DNA of 64,000 nt from Chiloscyllium plagiosum. Taxonomy: Eukaryota. Positions 49,019 through 61,990 of this stretch are shown here, one piece after another (the stretch's first letter is position 1; every line of letters starts with the position of its first letter). The stretch is taken from NCBI RefSeq assembly GCF_004010195.1, contig NC_057749.1:17638146-17702145 (forward strand). Direction: 5' to 3'. The position numbers and the translations under genes are program-made. Under the pieces are notes generated by a model. That model did no database searches and had not been told where the DNA came from. It was given only the letters and a program-made list of their open reading frames with translations.

Positions 49019-51514
49019 GCATGTCATTATTACCATCGGCATGTTGTTGATGTGTAATTTCCTGTTCTCCCACCCACTGGACAGAAACAAAATGGAAAGA
49101 ATTCCCGCTGTGAAAGTCAGAGCAGGAACCTGCTGCCTGAAGCTCACTGCTTGCTCCTTCAGATCTCCATCTCTCAGGGCATGCTCCATCTGCAACGTGT
49201 GTCCATGGGCATTGGCATTGGGCATGTACCAGCCTGACACCACCCTCTTGGCACATCACTCAACCACCCACAACACACTGTGCATGGTCAGGCTGCAGTT
49301 TGGAGTACACTGATGGCTGGAGATAGACAACTGTACTTTGTGCCCAGGGGCAGGCACCAGCTCACGGGTTCGAGTGAGGGGGTTTCTCAGGGCTCCTCAC
49401 GTACTCCCTTAGTGCTCACTAACTTTGGGCTCACTCAGATGCAGTACCTTACAGTATCTCTGCCTTGAAACTGTATTGCTATAACAGCACAGCAGGTCAG
49501 GCAGCATCCAGGGAACAGGAGATTCGACGTTACGGGCACAGGCCCTTCTTCAGGCCCTTCTCTGCCTTGCCTTTTCAAAGCTTCTGCCAGAGCTCGGTGT
49601 ACTTCAGTCTTGCCTTGTCTTTTAACACAGACACAGAGGGAGGCAGCTTGCCATCAGTGATGCTGAAAGTGTAATGCTCCCTGCGACTGGATTCTGAGGT
49701 GGGCTAACAGTGAGGTCAGTGAACTCCAGTAGCTTGGTTCATCAATAGCAAATACCATTTCCCAACATGCACTTGGAATTGCAATGAAGGGTCAGCCCTG
49801 CCACCTCTGTGCTCTCAGGAAGATTTCCTTTCGGTTTCTCTTCCACGACATCGATAAGCAAAGGGAGCCCCTGCCTGATGGGGTTTCACTGAGTGCAGAC
49901 CTGTGTCAGCGTGGTGAATGTTAGGAGAACCTGGTCGAGTGGGTTCAGGAGAAAGTGAAGATGGTACGATTGGAGAATGATGGAGCTGTGGTGCTGAGGC
50001 AATGAGGTGAGCCGCAGGGAATGATGGGTAAAAGCTCACTCGGTCTCACAGAAGGTAAACCTGTAAAACTCACCAAAATTAACATTCAGCCCATGGGAGG
50101 ATCAGCAGCTGTAGGTTCCTCTCCAAAACCTGACTGGGACTGTATAGTCATTCCTTCAGTATTGTTGGGTGAAAACTCCATCTGTAAGAGCACAGTGAGC
50201 ATACTCACAGCACATAAACTGCAGTGGTTCAACAAACAGGTCCAACCGCCATTTCTCAAAGACCTGCAGCTGGGAAAGAGAGAACAGCCTTACTGATGGT
50301 GCCCACCTCACCAGGATGAAATAAAAATAACTCAAGGCCACAAGAAGTCCCTGTTGATCTGGCCAGATATTGTTTGGAATTACACGCAGATAAATGAAGC
50401 TTAATATAAGGTTCTTATGGTGCAGTGACAATGTCCCTATCTTTGAGCCAGGAGACCTGAGTTCAAGTCCTACTTGCTCTGGAGCTGTATAATAACATCT
50501 CTGAACAGCTTGATAAGAAAAAAAGATAACTTTTTTTTTAAATCAGACTGAAACTTTGGAGTTTTCAGCCGTCTCACCCACCGCACTGAGAGACTTGTGC
50601 TGATTGGGTAATCTAATGTTCCACAAATTTCAATAAATCAATTTGTAATATTTGTGCTGAAGTCCATGTAATCACTCAAACTGCTATTGAATTTAGATGA
50701 AAGCACTTTATTATGCAAAACATGATCCTTAGAGGAAGTAATTAGTTTGTGAATAATAATGAATTTGCACTGTGCTAATAATATTTGGTCTGCTGAGCAA
50801 TGGCAACAGGCATGTCATTACTGAACATTTTCTGGTTGGTTTCGGATCCTGTGTTAAAGTTTGATAAATGATGGGATGATGGAAGTGAGCGTGATGTGGG
50901 AAATGAACTGATTGCAAGTGAATACAAAGGGACGTGTGTTGGGAACTCTGTGCCAGTGCGTGCGAACAGGAATGGGTTCGGGTCCATTGGGATTATGTGC
51001 TGTGGAAGTGAGGGGAAATGGGTTTAGGTCCATTGTCTTAGTATGGAGTGGGAAGGGATGTGGATCCATTGCAATTGTGTGGAGTGGGAGTGAATGGGTT
51101 TGATTAGTTGGGCTTGAAATTATGGCTCGTTCTGCTGGAACCTGAACCTGCAGGAATGCTCTCTCAGACCAGAACTCCCTCCCTAGTGGCTGAGGAGTTA
51201 GCTGGAACTGCCTCGTGTCTTATCTGTTTGCTATTGACAGGAGAGAAATTTCTACATTGGGACAGTTTCTACTTTTTTACTGAAAACCCATCAGAAGAAG
51301 AAGGGAGTGGACAATTCCTGCTGCAGTAACCTAACCGACTCGGTGACCAGTCCCTGGCCTTATCTTCAGAACTGCCAGCGGAACATGGATCAATCCCCTT
51401 GGAACAATGGCATTGCCAGAGCTAAACATTTTCATTTCCAAACTTATACAACTGGGAGCCTGTTAAAATCTGGCCTGTCCATTTTGCATTGCTGTGGCAA
51501 ATAATATGTGCTTT

Positions 51515-51870
51515 TTGATTCTTTCATTGGATATGAGTGTTGTTGGCTGAGCCAGAATTCATGATCCTTGTGAGCATTATGATGAACTGCTGCAGTCCAT
51601 GGCTGTGGGTAGACCCACAATGCCCTTAGGGAGAGAATTCTAGGATTTTGACCCAATAACACATAAGGAACGGCGATATATTTCTGAATCAGTCTGGTGA
51701 GTGGCTTGGAGGGGAACGTGCAAGGGACGGTGTTCTCCTGTACCTGCTGCCCCTTGTCCTTCAGGGTAGTAGTGGATGTGGAGTTAACAGGTACTATCTA
51801 AGGAGCCTTGGTGAAATACTACAGTGCCTCTTGTAGATGGTATACAATGCTGCTCCTGAGCATCAGTGCT
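51515..51870 (-). mobile_element. CR1/L2-group LINE 3' end (same family as 7718-8855)
   Basis: ctgcagtccat...gacccacaatgcccttagggag...gtgagtggcttggagggg. Confidence 0.65.
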
Positions 51871-52019
51871 GGTTTATAATTCTGTTGCATTGCAGTATGG
51901 GGTTTTGTGTCTGTCTATCCAATTCCATTGAGAGTTTATTAATAAACAGGGTAGGTGTCTGGCAAGCTACCTTGTCTCAAATGAAGTCACTAATTGGCTA
52001 ATTGATGGTAAATCGGTAA

Positions 52020-52340
52020 ACCATGTGGACAAAGCCCTTTTGACCTCCCTGAGTCTGCACTGACCCCCGAAGGGTACCCCACATCCCACCCACCCCTGCC
52101 CTATCCCTTTAGCCCTGCATTTACCATGGCTAATCTATCTAACCTGCACAAACCCTGGACACTTTAACATGGCTAACTCACCCTGACCGGTACATCTTTG
52201 GACTGTGGCAGGGAACCGGAGCACCCGGAGGAAACCCATGCAGACACGGGGAGAATGTGCAAACTCTACAGGGGCTGGAATCGGACCCGGGTCACTGGGG
52301 ATGTAAGGCAGCAGTGCTAGTTAGTGAGCCACCTTGCCAC
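52020..52340 (-). mobile_element. HE1-type SINE
   Basis: ctttggactgtggcagggaaccggagcacccggaggaaaccc...gagaatgtgcaaactc. Confidence 0.82.
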
Positions 52341-55030
52341 CCAGAGTTCTCTCCTGTTTAGGCTCTCTGTCTCCATTAGAGACCTTCATTAATGGTAATG
52401 GGCATTTCCTCACTGGCTTGCTGCCCCTGCTCTGATCATGGACTCTCCATTCCTCCCCACTTTCAGTGAGACCTGCGTGACTGGCCTTGAGGTTGCTGCC
52501 TGCAAATCTGACTGGATCCTCATCAGGTACAGGGTGCAGTGCATGCCGTGGTCTAGTCACTGCTCCCTTTCATGCTGCTGGGTTCTCTCACAATTCCTCA
52601 GCCATAGGCCAGGCTATCACCTGTCGTTGTCTTTCTGATCCCAGGAATTGTGACACCAGATGTGCTGCCCTAACATGTACAGTAGCTCATTGCCAATGGG
52701 AACATAAGCGAGGGAGTAGTTGCACAGGAACTTACTACTGGGGGATTGGAATTGTACCTTTATATGGTCATAACCCTGGAGGCAGAGACCACACTTCCCT
52801 CACTCAGTGGGCAGGTTTGGTTGATTCTAACTACAGTTAATTGGGAAAATAACTTATCGTTACCAAGAAATGATGATGAAGTAATCTACGAATTGCAATC
52901 ATTCTGCATAGTGAACTGACTAACGCAGTACTGTCGAAAGTGTCATAAATCCAGCCAAGGTTATAAAATCTTGATCATCAATTTTTTTGCTATCTTAAAT
53001 TCCTATGTGGAAATTTGCTGGGAAGTCTCTATCTCTCAATTGCAGAGGGTTACGGAGACAGAACAGGGGGATTGTGACTGATTGGGGGATTGGCTGGTCA
53101 GATTGTCTCTTTCATTGCAGGATTGTTCTGGGATCCTCTGAAATGTAGAGTGTTCTGTAAATCTCTCGCCTGTGAGCAGGCTGACTGCAAGGGAGCAGTG
53201 GCCCCTGGTTAGATCACGCAATAGAATTCCGCCTGATTTTCCTATTCCCTGCCGCGTGACAGCCTCTGTAGTTACCTTGTTTACAAATGGGACATTTCCA
53301 TTCAATGGGACAGAGTTAGGGCTCAAATCTCAGGCTTCAGCAGTTTGTGTTAACTCCAGCAAGTCAACCAACTCCAGGAACAGACTCTGTCATCGAGAGA
53401 GCATTCTCGCTAGTGACATTGGTGACAAAAGAAATGAAAGAGGGACACATGACAAAAGTGTCAACACATTATCCGAAGAATTTGTAACAAGATTGGCGAG
53501 CAGCGAGCAGAGTTGTAGTAGCCCGTTGAAGACCCACTGGGAACCAATAGAAAACTGAGTTAAGCAGCAACAATAGCTTGTCTTCACAGAGCACCTTCGC
53601 CTAGCTTTAATGCACAGAAATCACTCGTTGAATCCAATAGGACAATGCCCCTGTTCATGCTGAGAATAAGCCTCCTCTAACCCTTCTTCATCTAACCCCA
53701 TTAACATGTCCTTTTATTCCTTTCTGCATTATTGTGTTTAACCAGCTTCCCCTTTACGATGTCTCAGACACCACATCACCATGGGCAGGACCGACCCAGC
53801 AGAAATGGTGGCACAGTGCTGGACAGCTGTGGCAAAGTTGCCTTGAGAGTTTTCAGCATTAACTTGGGACCAGTAACTGGTCAATCATGGGCAAGGAAAC
53901 CTCCTGCTGATTATCACATAGTGTCCTCCCTCAGCTGATGAATCCGCACTCCTCTACGTTGAACAAGCACTGAGGATGGCAAGGGCACAGAATGTTCTCT
54001 GGGTGAGGGACTTTGCCATCCAGTAGCACCATTACTGACCCAAGCCCTAAAGAACATTGCAGCTTCGGCAGCTGGTCATAGAGCCTGTCCCAGGTTGAAT
54101 GATAAATAAATCCTCCCTACGGTAACTGGATCCACATTCTCACCACTTTCATTGTAAGTCTCTTCCCAAAGAGTATCAGGAAGCAAGGCTTGACCCAAAG
54201 CCACAGGAGTGAGTATTACGCCAGGTGAATGTACACTAGGAGGAACATCTTAAGATGGAGTGGAAGTGGGTGGTGAGGTGAGGTGTTGGTTTCAGGAGAA
54301 GTACCGTACCGAAGCATTCCGGTTTATTCGGAATGAGGAGGCCAGTCTGTGGTTTACTTCTGTCTTTCAAGTATTTTTTATTTGATCCATAAAATGAGTG
54401 AGAAGAGAAATTGTTTGTGAGCGATTGCTTCAAAGCCAGCAACAGTGAAGTAATCTTACGTTATTTGGTCTCTAGAAATTGCACTTTTTACAAAGGCAAG
54501 GACTCTGCAGGTTTCTAGAGTACAGCTTGTTCCACACTGGCTCATCAATCGCACTAAATTTCAATTCTAAACAATTTTGCTGTACTTCGCTACACTCTGT
54601 GTTTAGTAATCTAGCTCGGCAATCGAAACAATTGAACAAAGGAACAAGACAGAGACGAACAAAGTGAGAAATTAGTCATCAGGTCAGGTTCAACTGACCT
54701 GAGCTGATCATGGTGCCATTAAGCTTAAAGCCAGATCCAAAACTGAGTAATTTCAGAGAGGGGGAGCACACAGGTTTAGAGAGGAATAAAAGCGTTATCA
54801 TTTCTGAGCTCTCGCCTCTTGCCTGCTGAAGTCTTTGATGCACTCGAGGGTATAGATCAATGGCGACAGTCATTCTCTGCTCTCTCACTGAAATGTCAAT
54901 CTCTCTGGTTAGTTCCAGCCAGTAATGTCAGTAAAGCTATGCAACTACGGAGGAGGCGTTGCCTTCAAATTTGTTCAGCACACCCCCACTTTCCAGCAGA
55001 TGGGCCACTGAGTAAGAACGCTGTGTTTCT

Positions 55031-55257
55031 ATTTTAAAAAAACATCCAAAGAACTGCAGATACTGGAAATCAGAAACCAAAACAGAAATTGATGGAAAAG
55101 CTCAGCAGGTCTGGCATCACCTGTGGAGAGAAATCAGAGTTAATGCTTTAGGTCCAGTTCTGAGGAAGGGTCGCTGGACTGGAAACGTTAACTCCGATTT
55201 CTCTCCACAGGTGATGCCAGACCTGCAGAGTTTTTTCCAGCCATTTCTGTTTTTGTG
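55031..55257. mobile_element. Third PLE-type family palindrome with hammerhead-like core (55156-55193, +) and 11-bp TSD
   Basis: agtt CTGAGGA agggtc gctg gactg GAAAC GTT aact. gctgtgtttct lies at 55020-55030 and 55258-55268. Confidence 0.72.
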
Positions 55258-55591
55258 GCTGTGTTTCTTTTCTTGCCTCAGCCAGAGGTACAGAGACCTG
55301 GTGCCCACCCTCACTGAGATTCACTCACTTTCGGAATGCAGGGACAGGGCAGGCCTCTTGCCCCTTGAGTCTGCTCAACAAACCAATTTAACCACAGCTG
55401 GTGCATATTTTAATTCCATGTACCTGCCTGTCCTGCCTGAGGATAGGTGACACAGCAGGGCCAATGGGCTGAATGGCCTAATTTTGCTCCTACACTTGAT
55501 GGTTTTAGGAAACAGGGTAGATCCGGAGAAATGAGCTGAAAATGTGTTGCTGGAAAAGCGCAGCAGGTCAGGCAGCATCCAAGGAGCAGGA

Positions 55592-55626
55592 GAATCGACG
55601 TTTCGGGCATTAGCCCTTCTTCAGGA
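55592..55626 (-). ncRNA. Minimal hammerhead motif in PLE pseudo-LTR (element about 55525-55627)
   Basis: Minus strand tc CTGAAGA a GGGC taat GCCC GAAAC GTC gattc. Confidence 0.72.
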
Positions 55627-55832
55627 AAAATGATCACATTCTGTTCACACTATAGACACCACATTTGATCCAGTTCACAGTAACGTAATAGTGTCTGATA
55701 ATAGTGCGAGGAGGCAAAGACTATTAAATATCCCACCGTCTTCCCAATGCAGAGAGACCTTGAGTCAGGAGACGGTGCCGGTGTGGTGACGAAGAGAAAC
55801 TGTTGTTGCAGGGGGTTAAAAAAGCTTCAGTT

Positions 55833-56310
55833 CATAGAATCATAGAGATGTACAGCATGGAAATAGACCCTTCGGTTCAACCCGTCCATGCCGACCCGAT
55901 ATCCCAACCCAATCTAGTCCCACCTGCCAGTACTTGGCCCATATCCCTCCAAACCTCTCCTATTCATATACCCATCCAAATGCCTCTTAAATGTTGCAAT
56001 TGTACCAGCCTCCACCACTTCCTCTGGCAGCTCATTCAATACGCGTACCACCCTCTGTGTGAAAAAGTTGTCCCTTAGGTCTCCTTTATATCTTTCCCCT
56101 CTCACCCTAAACCTATGCCCTCAAGTTCTGGACTCTCCGACCCCAGGGAAAATACTTTGTCTATTTACCCTATCCATGCCCCTCATAATTTTGTAAACCT
56201 GCAACATGACCTCCCAATTCCTGTACTCAATACTCTGACCAATAAAGGAAAGCATACCAAACCCTTCTTCACTACCCTATCTACCTGCAACTCCACTTTC
56301 AAGGAGCTAT
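55833..56310 (-). mobile_element. CR1 3' fragment with internal deletion
   Basis: Minus RDNFFTQRVVRVLNELPEEVVEAGTIATFKRHLD, fused directly to the ELQVDRVVKK region. Confidence 0.9.
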
Positions 56311-57297
56311 GTTCAGTTTGGTCTGGCTGGATTTGCACCATTTCCAGGGACACAGGAGTCTGAGTACATAATCTGTTTGGATATTCTAATTCAGTATTGT
56401 GAGACATTCAGGGGAGATCTCAAACCAAGGTCAGCATTTGCCTGTTCAGGCTGATGTTGGAAGGCCCTGGATGTCAGGGAGAATACAGCCCAGGCTGTTT
56501 CCCTTACGCGACCGTGTGAGATCTTGCTATGCACTGATTGGCTGCTGGGCTTGACTACATACAGAAAGTTTTATGGCTCAATAACTCGGTTCATAAGGGC
56601 GCTATGTGCGTGCAGTTACTTTTTTTTTCTTGGCCTGGCGTGCTATGTGGGAGCTGGAAGTCAGTTTATCTTCACTACAGTTTGTATCTCTGCTACAAAT
56701 CCCCTCCCACACTAGTTCCCCAATACTGTCCAACACAATCCCACCCTCCACCCTCTACCACCCCCAACTCATTAACCGTAGTCGTGTTTTTGGTCTGCGT
56801 TGCTATTTGTCCTAGTTTTCAGGATGAAGGTTGAAGTTGTAGACTGAAGTTGCCTTGAGGCATGTCCGATGTATTGAATGCTTCCATCTAAAGTGGCTTT
56901 TCTTCCTCTTGCTTTATTTAACTTACATCACTTTTTAACATGTTAAACTTCCAGAGTGCGTTTTAAATTCTAAAGCACCTCATCCATTTTCTGCGCATGA
57001 AAGAAGTAGTTAGCCTGCAGGCTACAATGTAGAATATGTAACCACATGGTTACAGCAGAAACTGCATTGTCCTTCATTTCTTTCCTGGGAACCTTAAGTT
57101 TTTAAGGTCCTATTCAAAAGCTACAAAAGAAATGGTGTGCTTAGAAGGAACGACAAGAAAAGCTAACAAAGACATTTTCAAAATCGAGTCCTGCATTTTC
57201 TGTCTCAATTAATTTAATCTCAAAGATTTTCTGAGTAAGTGATTTGTAATGAGATAGTTGGCTAATTCAGGATAAGGGGGCATTCATATGACTCTAG

Positions 57298-57705
57298 ACA
57301 TTAAGAGGCATCTGGATGGGTATATGAATAGGAAGGGTTTGGAGGGATATGGGCTGGGTGCTGGCAGGTGGGACTAGATTGGGTTGGGATATCTGGTCGG
57401 CACGGATGGGTTGGACCTAAGGGTCTGTTCCATGCTGTGCATCCCTATCACTCTATGACTCTATTTAAGGTGAGAGGTGGAAAGTTCAGAGGAGCGTGGT
57501 AGGTGCCTGAAAATTACTGCCCGGGTTGGTGTTAGAGGCAGATACGATCGGATCATTTAAGAAACTTTGAGATAAGCACATGAATATATAAGGAATGGAG
57601 GGATATGGACCAAGGGCAGGCAGAAGGGATTAGTTCAATTTGGCATTATGTTTGTCATGACATCATGGGCTGAGGGGCCCATTCCTGTGCTGTACAGTTC
57701 TATGT
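57298..57705 (+). mobile_element. Two adjacent CR1 3' ends
   Basis: The first ends ctctatgactctat at about 57463; an older copy follows. Confidence 0.8.
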
Positions 57706-58387
57706 TGTATATGCACTCTGCGTGATGTAAGCTTGTTTTATGACTGAGAGCATTACCACAGCTCACTGAGCTACATTCCTCTGCCTCTGGCAGTGTTTGT
57801 GTGAGATAATAATTTATCAGGAGTTTAAGAGTGCATGGGTTATAGGTGAGCTATTCAGTCAATATTTGTCTTTGTACTAAACAGATTTTGCTTACATTGG
57901 CTATTTCTGGGGCTTTGATAAGTATTAAGAGAGTAATGCTCTGTCAGGGTAAAGCTCACTGACCTTACAGTTCCATGTGGAAACTCCAAGTTTGTTTTGT
58001 GTGATTCTTTTTTTACTGTTAATAAGTAGTCATCTGAAATACTTCGGCCCACAATGAAGGAGTTTTGCAACAGAACTGTTCAATTGATGGGGTTAGTGAG
58101 AGGTCACTTAACTGCTATGGTGTGCACCAGGAAGGGTATGACACCATTACCCTAGCCCACAGTCATAAAACCTGCAACCACCTAGAATCCCACTCAGCCC
58201 AATTGAATGCTCAGATTCCCAAAGTCTTCAGCATGTTTCCCAGACCTGGAGGCCCACCTCCCAGTCCTCCATCAGACACTGCAGAAGCTGTAACTCGCAG
58301 AGTCAGAGAAGATGGTCACCTCAAAGTCACAAGCACCAGCCTCTTTCTCCCCATCACCAACATTATTGGCTTCATGAGAAACAAAGG

Positions 58388-59240
58388 TAGAGTCATACAG
58401 CATGGAAATAGACCTTTCAATCCAACTCATTCATGCCGACCAGATTTCCCAAACTGAACTAATCCCATTTGCCATAGAAGGGCATATCCCTCTAAAACTG
58501 TTTCTATCCATGTGCCTGCCCAAAAGTCTTTTAAATGTTGTAACTTACCTGCACCTACGGCTTCTTCTGACAGTTCATTCCACATATAACCACTCTCTGT
58601 GTGAACAAGTTGCCTCTCAGTTCCCTTTTAAATCTTTCCCCTCTCACCTTAAATCTATGCCCTCTAGTCTTGAACTCCCCTACCCTAGGCAAAAGACCTT
58701 GACTATTTACCCTATGCATGTCCCTCCTGATTTTATAAACCTTTCAACCTCCTATGCTCCGGGGAAAAAGTTGCAGCCAATCCAGCTTCTCCTTATAAAT
58801 CAAACCCTCCAGTCTCGGCAATATCCTTGGAAATCTTTTTTACACCCTTTCCAGTTTAATAATATCCTTCCAAAATTCCTGTATGCAGTACTCCAAATGT
58901 GGCCTCACCGATGTCCTGTACAGCTGCAAGTTGATGTCCAAAACACAGGGCTCTGACTGATGAAGGCAAGCATGCCCAATGCATTCTTCACCATCCTGTC
59001 TATCTGTGACACAACATGCTAGGAACTATGTACGTGCATCCCAAGGTCACTTTTTGCAACAACACTCCTCAGTGCCCTACCATTACCTTGTAAGCCCTAT
59101 CCTGGTTTGTCTTACCCAAATGCAACACCTCTCATTTATTCAAATTAAACTCCATCTGCTGTCCCTCTGCCCATTGGTCCAGCTGATTAAAATCCTGTTA
59201 TACTCTTAGATAAGCTTTTGCATTGTCCACAATACTATCA
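58388..59240 (-). mobile_element. CR1 3' fragment
   Basis: Reverse complement of CR1 ORF2 C-terminus and UTR (gtactccaaatgtggcctcacc; aaattaaactccatctgc). Confidence 0.85.
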
Positions 59241-60388
59241 TCTCAGGAGCCTAGTCATCTTCCAGAACCTTCCTCCTGAGTGTAGGAGACTAACTGACCA
59301 CTGCCACCCTTATGCCTTAAGAAACTTGAATTCAATTCCGACTTCCAGAATGCTCTGGAAAACTCCACAGCTTTTCTTTCATCGCTATTTGATTTTCTGG
59401 AGGAAGCATCATTGGTGCCTGCCTTAACTAAATGCCTGCTAGGTGACTAATCCCGAATAATTACAATCATCTTCTTTTGTGCACACTATGTCTCCTGATT
59501 TTATTGATGTTCTCCCTTCACCTGATTGCCATTGACACTGGTTTTGCTCAGGCTCCGCGATGCCACACTCGGCCAGATGCAGCCTGGATGTCAAGGGTAG
59601 TCACTCACACCTCGCAATAGCAGGAATTATTTGACTGCTGCATTTAGCATCAAGTACAATTTTTAATTGCTAAACTGCACTTTTTTTTTCTCACTTTTAA
59701 CAAGGAATCAAAATTGAATGAGCACTTGGAAGCAAAAAGATTGATTCCCTGTCCCAGCCAATAACACATCAAAACATATAAGAAAGAAAATCAAAAAATC
59801 CTCAAAATGGGAGACAGAGCAGTAGTAGTGATGACAGTAAAATTCTTACTGCAGTGGCCCAGTGGGAACAAATCCCATTACAGAAGCTGGTGGGATTTAC
59901 ATTCTGTGAATAAATTTGGAGTTGAAAGCTCATCTTGCTAATGGTGACCATGACAACTATTGTCAATTATCATATAAATCTCATCTTGTTCTTTAGAGAA
60001 GGAAATATGCTGTCCATTCAGGTCTGGGCCTACATGTGACTCCAGACCCACAGCAAAATGTGGTTGACTCTTAACTGCCCACTGAAAACACCTCTCAGTT
60101 AAAGGGCAATTAGCGATGGATAACTAGGGGCAGTATAATGACTCAATGCATAAGTCTGCAATTTTGGGAGATATTTTATGCATTTACTGCAAAGTAGTTC
60201 TTGTCTATGCAGGTTGATAATGACGCCATCCTAGTACAATATCAGCATTTCATTTCCAAGTGCTACATAAACTCATGTAGACATTTGACATGATAAACTT
60301 CAAGATAGTGGAGGAATGAAGGTAGCTGAGACTAGGCGACATCTCCTGACAGTGCACACACTGGACATTTCTCCCTGCACCAACAGAC

Positions 60389-60754
60389 TCTTATTAATGA
60401 CATGAAGCCAGAATGGGCAAATGGAGTTGAGGCAGAGATTGGCGATAGTTTGAACAAGGAACACCTTTGAGGCATTGAGTGGTCATTTCCGGTTCCCGTG
60501 TTTCATCACTGAGTGAAAAAGTTGTGGCAATGCCTCGGTAAATCGCTATCTGATTTCACACAGTGCCCATTCCCTTTAACCATCAATAAACCATCATTAA
60601 TTCACCATCGTCAAGTTGTGACCACTTATAGTCATTGAGTAAAGTGGGGAGTAAAGGGTTGGTGGCACAGTCAACTCAATGCCTCAAAGATGCTTCTATA
60701 GCTGATCTCTGCCTCAACTCCATTCGTCCATCCAGGCTTCATATCCTTAACAAG
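60389..60754. repeat. Inverted repeat, arms about 60389-60484 and 60670-60754
   Basis: atgaagcc...aatggagttgaggcagagat...ctttgaggcattgagt versus actcaatgcctcaaag...atctctgcctcaactccatt...ggcttcat. Confidence 0.85.
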
Positions 60755-60799
60755 AATTTAACATTATTTTGATGTGCTTCCATTAGAACCTCCATTGGA

Positions 60800-61095
60800 T
60801 GCCACGGTGGCTCATTGGTTAGCACTGCTGCCTCACAGTGCCAGGGACTCAGGTTCAATTTCACCCTTGAGTGACTGTCTGTGTGGAGTTTGCACATTCT
60901 CCCTGTGTCTGCATGGGTTTCCTCTGAATGCTACAGTTTCCTCCCACAGTCCAAAGATGTGCGGTTAGGTGGATTGACCATGGGAAATGTGGGGTTACAG
61001 GAATAGGGTGGGGGTAGGTAGGATGCTCTTTGGAGGGCCAGTGTGGATATAATGGGCCAAATGGCCTGCTTCCACACTGTAGAGGTTCTATGATT
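60800..61095 (+). mobile_element. HE1-type SINE
   Basis: Head, V-domain and tail. Confidence 0.87.
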
Positions 61096-61990
61096 TACAA
61101 TGGGACCTGCCTATGTAAACATGTCACATGGACAGGACCACATTAAGCAGATAAATTAGTCTTTACTGAATGTGGCTATAGGATCAAAGCCTGGGTATAT
61201 CTATGATCTCTGTGTGCAGCAGAATCTAGGTATTAATATCTAATAAATAGGGATACGGTGATGTCTAAGCCTGAATGACTTTGGCATTTCCTCAATCAGT
61301 CTGTAAATAACCCAAACTCATGGTGTGGCAACAACACTCACAGTGAAAGAGGAACGAGCTTTGACTAATCCAAGAAAACAGTGGCACAATGCAGAAAAAA
61401 ATTTCACTGCATCGATCAATATGATACAACAACAACTTGCATTTGTAAGTCGCCTTTGATCAGGTGAAACATTCGCAGCGATTTGTATACCAAGCTAGGG
61501 AAGGCACCATTAGGAGGGAGGACCAAACATCTCTTTGGGAGCAGATTTAAGGAGGACCTGGAAGAGAAAGGGGAGTGTTGTCAAAGGTTTCAGGGAGGGA
61601 AGTTCAACACTCACTGAGACCAATAATGGGGTGAAAGGGTGGCAGACTGCAGTCAGAGATTACTGGAGTGGACGTTAAAGTTTTATTGGTAAATGATTTA
61701 AAGTTTATGCAGGATAAAATTACGCTGATAGTTACATTTCTAAAACGTTTCCAGGCTTAAAACACCACGAGCCCGAGACATGCTTGATGCTGGAGTGATT
61801 GTTGCTCTTGGTAGTGACTTTAATCCCAATGCATACTGTTGCTCGATGGTAAGTAAATCCATTCTGTCATTGTTTCATCCAGTGCCTCTGGAAGAAAAGG
61901 AACGATGTATTTGGTGGAGAGGACAGTTGAGCTCATTGCTTTGATCTGGAGCCTTCGAAATGAAAGGTCCCTTGTTTATCCAGCATTTTT

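Noticed and set aside
48060..50050. Further Harbinger remnants
   Set aside because: Composition is suggestive, but I could not read ordered protein motifs.
53172..53558. 128-aa ORF
   Set aside because: Non-ATG start, no recognisable domain, no clear splice pair; length is compatible with chance.
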